Of a DNA stretch of 64,000 bases, positions 38,657 to 49,369 are shown piece by piece. The notes beneath the pieces were generated by a model. The model had not been told where the DNA came from, ran no database searches, and was given only the letters and a program-made list of their open reading frames with translations. This DNA comes from Malacoraja senta (taxonomy: Eukaryota). The first letter of the stretch is position 1. Each line of letters begins with the position of its first letter. The position numbers were made by a program, and so were the translations under genes. The stretch lies in assembly GCA_038087875.1 (NCBI GenBank), contig JAXLNO010003043.1:1-64000 (forward strand), in the 5' to 3' direction.

Positions 38657-38668
38657 ACCCACTGTAGA
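38657..38668 (-). CDS. IGHD: DH1 segment TCTACAGTGGGT (12 bp), flanked by a 5' 12-RSS (38669-38696) and a 3' 22-RSS (38619-38656)
   Basis: GGTTTTTGT-12-CACTGTG [D] CACGGTG-22-ACAAAAACC read on the minus strand. Confidence 0.96.
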
Positions 38669-39035
38669 CACAGTGAGACAGACCCGCACAAAAACCTCCC
38701 ATGCAGTTCAGACTCAGGTTTCATTTGAAACGGCCTTCGACACGATTTTAAATGGTCCAGCAGTTGACAGAGAACACAGTAAATATACACAACACCAACA
38801 TCTCACTTGCCTAATGGAATGAGCATGTTTTCGTGGTGTATGATTTTGCACAACGTTATCGGTATGCGTGAAGCGAATAAAAAAACCTCACACGAATGCG
38901 CTGGTTACATTTTTGAATATCGTATTGGATTTGCGAATGGTAGCTTGCGCTCCATTTTCCCGACTGTTATGATAGCTGTTGAAATAATTGCTCACCTCTC
39001 GTCTTTGATGGTAAAAGCTGGACTTCCCAACGTGC

Positions 39036-39074
39036 CGTTCTTGTACGGGTCTGACACTGAATTCTCACACTGTG
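39036..39074 (-). other. VH 3' RSS, 23-bp spacer
   Basis: CACAGTG (39074-39068) + 23 nt + ACAAGAACG (39044-39036). Confidence 0.95.
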
Positions 39075-39378
39075 TCTCTCGCACAGTAATAGACAGCGGT
39101 GTCTTCGATCCTCAGGCTGCTGGCGATCACGGTGAATATATTATTCGAATTGTCTTTGGACGGAGTAAATCGGCTCGCCATCCCCGGAGCGAAGTACTCG
39201 TTACCAGAACCGTAGTAGGTAAGCAGCCACTCCAGCCCCTGCCCGGGGACCTGACGGACCAAAGCCATCCAGGTGCTGCTAAGAGTGATCCCGCTGGTTT
39301 CGCAGGTCAGTGTGATGGAGCCTCCAGGACTGGCGGTCTCTGTCTTGGGCTGAGTTAGAACGACATCGGAATGGACAC
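39075..39378 (-). CDS. IGHV: VH exon (RVHS-DVVLTQPKTETASPGGSITLTCETSGITLSSTWMALVRQVPGQGLEWLLTYYGSGNEYFAPGMASRFTPSKDNSNNIFTVIASSLRIEDTAVYYCAR)
   Basis: Acceptor ttgcag|; open frame with both Ig cysteines, QxPGQGLEW and EDTAVYYCAR motifs; directly followed by an RSS. Confidence 0.97.
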
Positions 39379-39552
39379 CTGCAAGTTAAAAAAGGCATGA
39401 ATGGCGAGGATTAAATATTGACCATTGATCCCCGACTCTAATTATCAATAAGAAATAAATTGGAAGGTTTCTAGAGTGGGTAGAAGGGGAATGGTGTAGG
39501 GGATATACCACTGAGAAACTTGCGAGAGGAATTTGTCCAACTTATTACTCAC

Positions 39553-39598
39553 GGACTATTAACGCTAGGAACAGACTCAGTGAAACCGCCGACCTCAT
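39553..39598 (-). CDS. IGHV: VH leader exon (MRSAVSLSLFLALIV + 1 nt)
   Basis: 46-nt exon starting at ATG (plus-strand CAT 39596-39598), hydrophobic signal peptide, donor C|GTGAGT; phase 1 matches the V exon. Confidence 0.93.
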
Positions 39599-39689
39599 CC
39601 CGCTGGGAAGTGTGACCCGGTTGTTTCTGTACAGAACCTCGCAACAAACCAACTGCAAGGAAGTTGGATTTCGGACCCTCTTAGAGAGA

Positions 39690-39800
39690 ATTAAATACCC
39701 GCCAAAAGAGGGTGTGGTTTTGGGCGGGGCCTGTAAACCGAGTGGTGCAGCGGGCGGAGCTGAGACACGGCTCCCAACTCAACAGCAAGATTGACTCACG
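39690..39800 (-). promoter_or_regulatory. Putative VH promoter: TATA-like TATTTAA (39691-39697), RUNX site TGTGGTTT (39713-39720), GC boxes (39722-39730, 39752-39760), AP-1/CRE-like TGACTCA (39792-39798); no octamer
   Basis: Motifs seen directly 90-200 bp upstream of the leader ATG; function inferred. Confidence 0.6.
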
Positions 39801-41704
39801 CTTTCACATCTATTAACTGATACAGATGCACAAGTTAATAAAACAGCGTGCTTTTCCGCCTCTTACACAATATAAACTCATGGTATAGTTGTAAATAAGA
39901 TGGTTCCAAGATTGGTTTCATAGTGCAGTTTTTTCGTAAAATATGTTCGGAATTCCTCAAATGTATATTAAAAATGCTTCTGGGTGTTAGTGTGCTTGCG
40001 TGTGTGAGAGGGAGGGAGAGGAGAGGTGAGAAAAATATTTGAGCANNNNNNNNNNNNNNNNNNNNNNNNNNNNNNNNNNNNNNNNNNNNNNNNNNNNNNN
40101 NNNNNNNNNNNNNNNNNNNNNNNNNNNNNNNNNNNNNNNNNNNNNNNNNNNNNNNNNNNNNNNNNNNNNNNNNNNNNNNNNNNNNNNNNNNNNNNNNNNN
40201 NNNNNNNNNNNNNNNNNNNNNNNNNAGGTAGACAGATAATGCTGGAGAAATTCAGCGGGACAGGCAACACCTCTGGAGAGAAGGAATGTGTGACGTTTTG
40301 GGTCGAGACCCTTCTTCAGACCTCCAGAGATGCTGCCTGTCCCGCTGAGTTACTACAGCATTTTGTGTCTCGCTTCGATTTAAAGCAGCATCTGCAGTTC
40401 TTTCCTACACATTCGTTGTTATCAATATGAGCCGTTCGTACAATATTGGGACTGTCCATTCCAATATCAAGATAGATTTATTTGTCACATGTCCCAGTTG
40501 GTACAATGAAATGTGTGGTCACCATACAGCCATACAGATAAAATGTCAATATCGAGATTGGTTACATAAAAGTAGAGGAAATTGATACAAAGCAAATACA
40601 AAATTCTATTAAAATGTCATTAAGAGATCGGAAGGAAATTAATGGATGGCATAGTGCAGGAGGGGGATTGTAGATCGGTGGAGTGATTGGAGAAATGATC
40701 GGCATTAGGGGTGATTCATGTGTTGTTGATTTTCAGATGCTGCTTCCAAAGAGCAAAGTTGAATGAAGGCACATTCTAGCCAATCAATCAATGAGCATAT
40801 TTGTTGGATAGTGTTTCAATGATTCAGACTGCACTGGTTGGGCGGATGGTGTGGAAAAATCTAATAGAGATATCCGAAGAAGAATCCACTAGAGTTATCC
40901 AAGGAGATAGATAGAAACCGTAGTTAACCGATTTGTGAGGGAAAACACGAGGAGTGTCGACAATTTAAGGTGCATACGGGCAATTAAAGTTTCCTGCGTT
41001 CCAACATAGTATTCTTCTATGACTTGAATTTTAATTTATCATTGTATTTTCTATGCATCTGTGAATTTGTCACGGGTGGCATTCATATGTATGCAGGGAA
41101 TGTTATTGATCCCAGCCATTGTTGGTAAATAAAGGGATATGATATATGTTCTCAGTTAACCTAGCTTTGTAGAAAATATTATTGACTAACATCATCCATA
41201 TGCACTTCAACTTTATTTATTTTTACAGGAGAGAACGTTGACAATTTAAAATAAATGTCTCTGATGAAATCTGTTCGGAGATTTGCATTTCTTTCTCACT
41301 TTATCTGTCTTCCGCCTCTGGGGAAACATTGATTCTGTTTCTGTCCTTCAGTAAACGAACCTGGGTCTGGGGCTGTTGAAATCACCGTTTATTTAAATCA
41401 GCTCATCTCTGTTTCCAGCCATTTTTAGAGCAACACAAACAAGGCAATGAAGATATCATTCTCGACGGCGATTATATGTTTTAACGATATTGGCAGTTGG
41501 TGCGAATCAACTGAATTCTCAGAGGGAGTCGATTTTTATCATATCTTGTTCAAATAAAATGATGTGATTTGATATTACGGATTCACTTCAGAATATTATT
41601 TTGCTGTCCACTTGAATCTCCACTTGAAGAAATGTCTAAGCACGTGAGGTCAATGGAGGAATCGGGTTCTTTCCACACCTCCACTGTGGGTTTTTCATTA
41701 TTAA

Positions 41705-42060
41705 CACACATATACTTATGCACACACACACGCACACACACACTCACACACGCACACACACACATTCACACACACGCATACACACACTCACACACGCACA
41801 CTCACACATACGCACTCGCACACNNNNNNNNNNNNNNNNNNNNNNNNNNNNNNNNNNNNNNNNNNNNNNNNNNNNNNNNNNNNNNNNNNNNNNNNNNNNN
41901 NNNNNNNNNNNNNNNNNNNNNNNNNNNNNNNNNNNNNNNNNNNNNNNNNNNNNNNNNNNNNNNNNNNNNNNNNNNNNNNNNNNNNNNNNNNNNNNNNNNN
42001 NNNNNNNNNNNNCAAACATACACAAACACACACGCACACACATAGCAGCACACATACATC
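41705..42060. repeat. (CA)n-rich microsatellite spanning an assembly gap
   Basis: Direct observation; Ns at 41824-42012. Confidence 0.9.
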
Positions 42061-42169
42061 AAGCACGATCCACTGCCATGTACGTCCAGGCCCAAGTAAG
42101 AATTTAATTGTACCGCTCTCGGCACTTATGAAAATTATACATTCTTGATACTTGACGCGTCATGTGTTA

Positions 42170-44280
42170 GAAACATAGAGGAAACATAGAAACAGAGAAA
42201 CATAGAAACATATGTGCAGGAGTAGGCAATCCGGCCCTTCGAACAGGAACCACCATTCAACATAATCATGGCTGATCACCTAAATTCAGTACCCCGTTCC
42301 TGCTTTCCCCACATATTTCTTGATTCCATTAGTCCTAAGAGCTAAATCTAACTCTCTCTTGAAAAGATCCAGTGAATTGGCCTCGCTGCCTTCTGTGGCA
42401 GAGAATTCCAGAGATTCATACCTCTCTGGGTGAATTTTTTTATCCTCATCTCAATCCTACATGGCCTATCCTTTATTCTTAAACCGTGCCCCCTGGTTCT
42501 GGACTCCCCCAACGTCGGCAACATTTTTCCTGCATCTAGCCCCAGTCCTGCCATCCCTGGAATTAACATGGTGAACCTACGCTGCACTCCCTCAATAGCA
42601 ATAATGTCCTTCCTCAAATTAGGAGACCAAAATTGCACACAATACTCCAGGTGTGATCTCACCAGGGCCCTGTACAACTGCCAGTAGGACCTCCTTGCTC
42701 CGAAACTCAAATCCTATCACAATGAAGGCCAACATGCCATTCGCTTTCTTCATTGCCTGCAGTACCTGCATGCTAACTTTCAGTGACTGATGTACAAGCA
42801 CATCCAGGTCTCGTTGCACCTCCCCTTTTCCAAATCTGACACCATTTAGATAATAAACTGCCTTACTGTTCTTGCCACCAAACTGGGTAACCTCACATGT
42901 TTCCACATTATACTGCATCTGCCCTGCATCTGTCTTATTTTAAGTTACCTTGCCGCCTCATAGCATCCTCATCGCAGCTCCCACTGCCACCCAGCTTTGT
43001 GTCATCCGTAAACTTAACTTGGAAATGACACATTTAATTCCCTCGTCTAAATCATTAATAAATATTGTAAATAACTGGGGTCCCAGCACCGAGCCTTGCC
43101 GCACATCATTTGTCACTGCCTGGCATTCTGAAAGGGACCAGTTAATACCTACTCTTTGCTTCCTGTCTGCCAACCAGTTCTCTATCCATATCAATACCCT
43201 TCCCCCAATACCATGTGATCTAATTTTGCACACTAATCTCTTGTGTGGGACCTTGTCAAAGGCTTTTTGAAAGTCCAGATACACCACATCCACTGGCTCT
43301 CCCTTATCCATTCTACTTGTTACATCCTCAAAAAATTCCAGAAGATTAGTCAAGCATGATTTCCCCTTCATAAATCCATGCGGACTTTGACCAATCCTGT
43401 CACTGCTTTCCAAATGCGCCGCTGTAACATCTTTAATAATTGACTCCAGCATCTTCCCCACGACCGATGTAAGGCTAACTGATCTATAATTCCCCGTTTT
43501 CTCTCTCCCTCCTTTCTTAAAAAGTGGAGGTACAACGACTGCACTCCAATCCACAGGAACTGATCCAGTCGGGAGAATATTGGAAAATGATCACCAATGC
43601 ATTCACGATTTCTAGGGCCACCTGCTTGAGTACTCTGGGATGCAGACCATCAGGCCCTGCGGATTCATCTGTCTTCAGCCCCAACAGTTTACATAACACC
43701 ATTTTCTGGCTAACGTGGGTTCCCTTCAGTTCCCCCCTCCCACTAAATCCTCAGTCCCCTAGTATTTCTGGGAGATTGTTTGTGTCTTCCTTGGTAAATA
43801 CTGAACCAAAGTACTCATTTAACTGTTCTGCCATTTCCTTGCTTTCTATTAGAAATTCACCTGTCTCTGATTGTAACTGACCTAAATTTTCTTCACTGAT
43901 CTTTCCCTTTTTACATATCTAAAGAAGCTATTGCAGTCAGATATTCCCCGCAAGCATTCTTTCATGCTCTCTTTTCCCGCTCTTAATTAACCCTTTTTTC
44001 CTCCCCTGTTGAGTTCTAAATTTCTCCCAGTCCTCTGGCCAATTTATATACCTCTTCCTTGGATTTATCCTTGCCACTATCCTTGATTTCCCTCGTTAGT
44101 CACGTTGAGCCGCCTTCCCCATATTATTTCTTTCTCTAGACAGGGATGAACACATTTTGGAGTTCATCCATGCGATCATTTAAATATTTGCGATTGCATC
44201 TCCACCATCAACACTTTAAGTATAATTTGCCAGTCTATCCTAGCCAATTCCCGTCTCATACCCTCAACGTCTCTTAATAG
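42170..44280 (-). mobile_element. Long decayed CR1 LINE (ORF2 RT region to 3' tail)
   Basis: ORFs 42958-43554 and 42348-42918 with YLDFQKAFDKVPH, QGSVLGPQLF; (CTATGTTT)n tail. Confidence 0.9.
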
Positions 44281-44499
44281 TTAGTTAATAACATTTGGCT
44301 TGGCGCTGCATATAAAAGATGCTTCAATCCCTTTTGTTATTACATATGGTCTTGGAAACAACACATCATTCCTCCACAGTGAACATATTATAATCAGTTT
44401 CCATTCAAATCAGAAAAGGCATTTCCCTCACATTTGATCATCGCTTACCATCTTAAATCCATTTTAATTTACGTGATGCGGCCACCACTCCAAGATCAT

Positions 44500-45190
44500 C
44501 AATGATAGGCTGTTTTACACAGTAAATTGCTAAATTCTGAAGAACATGGATGTGCTGAGGGATCTTGGAGTCCAAGTTCATAGCTCACTGCAGTTGGCAG
44601 CACATGTAGATGGTAAAGTGGACGTATGGTATGCTTGTGTTCATTGCTAGGGGTGTTGCGCATAAGGGTCAGGAACTCATGATGCAGTTCTATATGAGTT
44701 TGATGAGGCCGCAATTGGAGTATTGACTACAGATCCGATCGCCCCATTAAAGGGAAGAAGTGGAGGTTTTGGAGAGGGTACAAAACAGGTTAACCAGAAT
44801 GCTGCCTGGATCAGGCACAGGGAGAGATTGGATATCCGTGGATTGTTTTCTCTGGAATATCGGATGTTCGTGGGAGACTTGATAGAAGTATATACAATGA
44901 TGGGAGTCATTGATAGGGTAGACATTTAGTATCATTTTCCAGGATGGAAATGTCCAACATGAGAAGATGTTGCTATAAGGTGTGAGGGGGAACGTGGAAT
45001 GCAGATGGGCGAGGCAAGTATTTTACATGGAGTGTGGTACGGACCTGGAACGCATGATGGTGGTGTGGGTGGATATTATAGCGGTGTTTAAGAGGCTCAT
45101 TGTAGGTACAGGGAAGTGCAGAGAGTACAAGGATATGGATCAGGACAGGCAAATCAGTTAAATTGGGCTTAATGTTTGCCACAAACATTG
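44500..45190 (+). mobile_element. Old CR1-like 3' fragment
   Basis: Degenerate RPQLEY..GLFSLEYRMFVGDLIEVYTMM. Confidence 0.7.
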
Positions 45191-45334
45191 CGTTCCTAAG
45201 GTCCCGTTACAGCCAATATTCAAAAAATCTCTGCACCTGTGTATATATTTTTAGTCTGTTTTCTGTATTCACCACAATCAGAGGAAACATGCATTTTACC
45301 TGTTTATATCATGTTGTTTATTTAATCTCACGAT

Positions 45335-46030
45335 ATCATAATCATAATCATACTTTATTAGCCAAGTATGTTTTGCAACATACGAGGAATTTGATTTGCC
45401 ATACAGTCATACCAATAAAAAGCAACAGAACACACAAAATACATTTTAACATGAACATCCACCACAGTCACTCCTCCACATTCCTCATTGTGATGGAAGG
45501 CAAAAATTGTTCAACCTCTTCCCTTCTTTGTTCTCCCGTGGTCCTGGGCCTCGAGCCTTCCGTTGATCTTGACTCCCGTAGACGGCGGCAGTCCCTCCGC
45601 GTCAGGGCGATCAAGCTCCTGCATCGGGGAGATCTCAGCTCCCCGCGCCGGGCGATCTGACCCCCGGGTCGGGGCTGGTCAAACTTTCTGCATCGTTGGA
45701 GCTTCCCGACTCGGTCTCTCCCGAGACTGCGAGCTCTTTGATGTTAAAGTCCGCAGGCCGCGGTTGGAGCGTCGATCCAAGGCAAGGAATCAGCTTCGAT
45801 GTAAATCCACGCCCCACGGTGGGGCTCAAAGTCAGTCCTGAGCAAGGCCTCCAGCTCCATGATGTTAGGCCGCAGAGCGACCGGAGATATGACCCGGAAA
45901 ACAATCGCATCTCCAGCAAGGTAAGAGATTGAAAAAAACTTTCCCCTGACCCCCTCCCTCACCCCCCACATAAAACAAACCAGAGAACCTTAGCACAAAC
46001 TTTCAAAACACACTAAAAATAATAAAAACA
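45335..46030 (-). mobile_element. GC-rich putative non-autonomous retroelement with AATAAA + (ATGATT)n tail
   Basis: Tail at 45335-45360 on the minus strand; T-rich 5' part like 8440-8520. Confidence 0.5.
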
Positions 46031-46186
46031 ACGATATATTGTCCAACTTCTTGTTTTATCTAACCTTGCCTTTGCCCTGCATAAACCACATTAGACCTAG
46101 CCCCCATATTCATTACTCACTGTACATGAAAAGGCAATAATGATCCGCTCTTTTCACAATGCATCGTGTTTTCTTTTCTCATATAT

Positions 46187-46496
46187 AGTTTAGTTTAGTT
46201 TGGAGACACAGCGCGGAAACAAGCCCTTTGGACCTCGGAGTCCACGCCGACCAGCGGTCCCCATACACTAGCACTATCCAACACACTAGGGACAATCTAC
46301 ATTCCTTTCCAAAGCCAATTAACCAACAAAGCTGTACGTCTTTGGAGTGTGGGGGGAAACCGGAGCACCCGGAGAAAACGCACGCGGTCACATGGAGAAC
46401 GTACATACACCGTACAGACAGCCTCCAGTCAGGATCGAATCTGGGCCTCTGGCTCTGTAAGGCAGCAGCTCTACCACTGTGCCAGCCTGTCGCCCC
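46187..46496 (-). mobile_element. Near full-length tRNA-derived V-SINE (HE1-like)
   Basis: A box TGGCACAGTGG, degenerate B box GATTCGATCC, V domain TTTTCTCCGGGTGCTCCGGTTTCCCCCCACACTCCAAAGACGT, (TAAAC)n tail. Confidence 0.85.
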
Positions 46497-47359
46497 ATAT
46501 GCCACTGTGCCGCCCCTATATCTACTATAATAGACAACGTCATTGTTTATGGGCTGTATTTATTTATATGACATTTGGAATCTCTAAATTAAAAAAAATA
46601 AAATAAATATAGTTCCATGTTCTGAAGCACAATTCCATGTCATATTAGGCCTTACGTCTCCATACTTTACACTGAAACACGCATCCATCTGTCAACCCCA
46701 ACGTCTGTATATGCTTAAATCACAATCTGGCTCAACCTTCTGTACCTTACACTGAGCACACTCCCCAATAGTCTTGCAAAGACACTGTATAGACCATAGA
46801 AAGTACAGCACAATTTCATGCCTTTCGACTCACAATCTCTCTGCTAAATATAATGCTAAGATAAACTAACCTCACCTACGTGCAAATGATTCACATCCCG
46901 CCACTCTCTGCATATCCATATGCCTGTCTAAATCCTTCTGGTACATTACACAATGTGTTTAAAGCACTTATCCACTTCATATGCTGCACTACGTCTACAA
47001 TAATTACACCCCAAAATGCCGCCGGCTCTAAAGCACGAGGGCGCGTCTATATTTATTTCAGACTTCACCAAAAACTGTATTAATCCTACAGAGACTGTAG
47101 CAGTCCGGAATAAAGTTATCCGTGTTGGCAAGTTGGGTTATGGTCACATATCTTCTCAGTTCCACTACGTCACGTCACCCTAACCCTGGGCTGCGTCACG
47201 TTTTGTGCTACAAATATACAAAAAATACAAGAAGTATTTGAAAATTCTGAATAAACATTATAAACTGATATAATCACTTTGGTTCTCTGTTAAAAAAAGA
47301 TGGAAACCTGCAATGATGGAAATACTGCATCTTGCATCTATTTTAACGTCACGGTAAAT

Positions 47360-48040
47360 TATCTATGTTTATAGATGCAGAAAATCTCAAAGCACTTGAT
47401 TTTGTGGCCAGGTTAGCAGATGATATGAGCATAGGTAGAGGGACAGGTAGTGTAGAGGAAGCAGGAGCCTGCAGATGATCTGGACAGGTTGGTAGAATGG
47501 GCCAACAAGGACATGGAAAATGTTGAGCCGTGTTTGGGCCCATATCTGTGGAGGGATAAGCTGGACTTGGAGAGGGTTCCGATGAGGCTGAGAATAATGA
47601 TCCGGGGGTGATTGGGGCAACCTATGATGAGTGTTTGATGGCGCTAGGCCTATGCACACTGGACTTTAAAAGGATGTGGTGAGACCTTATTGCAACTGAT
47701 TGAAGATTGAAAGGCCTGAGGAGGGTTGATGTGGAGAGGATGTTTCCACTTGTTGCAAAGTCTAGGACAAGACAGCACGGCCTCAGTGTAAAAGTACATA
47801 GACTCAGAAAGGAAATGAGGAATTTCTTTGGTCAGCAGTGAACCTGTGGAATTCATTGCCACGGGCAGCCGTGGAGGCCAAGTTATATGGCTATGTTTTA
47901 AAGCGGAGATTGGCAGATTTGTGTTTAGTGAGGGAGTCAAGGGCTTTGGCGGAAAGGCAGCAGAATGGGTACGAGAGAGGAAGATAAATCAGCGGCGATT
48001 GAATGGCGGAGTAGACTCGACGGGCCGAATTATATAATTA
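47360..48040 (+). mobile_element. Old CR1-like RT/3' fragments
   Basis: Degenerate KFVARLADD..; RTRQHGLSVK..RKEMRNFF. Confidence 0.65.
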
Positions 48041-49369
48041 TGCTGCTATGATTCATGAATATCTGAACTTATGAAAGTACGCTGAAACAACAGTGAAAAT
48101 GCAGTAAACTAATGCGCTAGACATCGACAAGTCACCTGGACCCAATGACTCGAATGTGAGCGTTAGAAATAAGTAGATGTAGACAAAGAGAGAGTATGGA
48201 TTATAACATATTAGAAAATAACATTTTACAAATGACGTAACATTGAGGAAAAACTCTAATTGAGTTAAAACTGCAAAAGTGACAACGATTAAGAAGGAGG
48301 AGAGCCAGAAATGAGCACGAAAAACGTCAAATAGTCGAACATCTACCAGAGGGGAGATATTGAATTAAGAAGATAACATCTGGGTGCTTCTAACAGATTG
48401 TTCATCATTTTTTGAAAAAGCAACGGTATTTGACAAAGTTGTTGTAAGTCTTTGAAGATGGAATGTATGTCCTGGTTTGTTTTTGGATGAGGTACTTGCA
48501 TAGATCAGTGATGAATATGTCAATTGTTTACAATGCATATTAATAACTTCAATAAATGTACCAATTACCGTGTTTAGGCCTTTTGACGGCACACATAGTG
48601 TTCCAGTGAGAAGTGTCAGGCTAACACACAGAACCTGCAGTGTGATATGTACAATGGGTACCAAATTGGCAGATGCTTTATGAAACATTGAGGACATCAT
48701 ATTTGAAATGAAGAAGGAAAGCAAGTACTGACAATATTATTTAAGTGGGGTGTACCTTCAAAATTTTGTGGCGCAAACATTTCTGAGCAACCAGATTATG
48801 ACACACAAAATATTAACCGGAGGTACAGCAGCCGTCTTGGGAGGCTAACGGAATGAAGCGTGTATTGAAGTGGGATAAATAAACAGTTTGTGGTACCTGC
48901 TGAGATTATCTCCTCCATTAACTGGTGAATAGAGGTGGGGACCGGATAAAGCCTGGGAAGTGATGAGTGGAGGAAATGTGTAGGGAGGATCTGCAATTGC
49001 TGGTTTACACCGATGATAGACACAAATGGCGGAGTAACTCGGGGGCTCAGGTAGCATCTCTGGCGAAAAGGAATCGGTGACTTTCGGCTCAAGACCCTTC
49101 TTCTTCAGACTGAGAGTCAGAGGAGAAGGGCAATATACTAATATTGGATAACATTCTTACTTTTTTGGCTTAAACATCAAGGGAGGGGGGGAACTAGAGG
49201 CCTGTAAGGGTACAAATAACAAATGAATGAAAGTTACGAAAAGAAAAAAAATAAAAGCCAGCCACAACGATCAAGGAATGGTGGAGCCCACAATGGCCTC
49301 TTGTTGGCTGTGGAAAAGGTGATAACGAGTGTATACAAGCCGTAAAACTAAGCAGGACGACAGTCACAT

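Larger units (their letters stand above)
26075..39598 (-). other. IGHM: Complete germline IgM heavy-chain cluster (L-V-D1-D2-J-Cmu1-4/Sec-TM1-TM2) of elasmobranch type
   Basis: All segments are in order on the minus strand with GT/AG junctions in compatible phases and no in-frame stops. One V, two D and one J per C gene is the established cartilaginous-fish cluster organisation. Confidence 0.97.

Noticed and set aside
38660-38696. Cryptic RSS within D1 (CACTGTA + 21 nt + ACAAAAACC on the plus strand)
   Set aside because: Degenerate heptamer and a 21-bp spacer that reuses the genuine 12-RSS nonamer; probably incidental.
39065-39268. ORF starting MALVRQ as a standalone gene
   Set aside because: Internal Met of the VH exon; the real start is the leader at 39598.
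46440-46496. tRNA gene
   Set aside because: tRNA-like head is followed by a V domain and tail, so it is a SINE; the B box is degenerate and there is no full cloverleaf.
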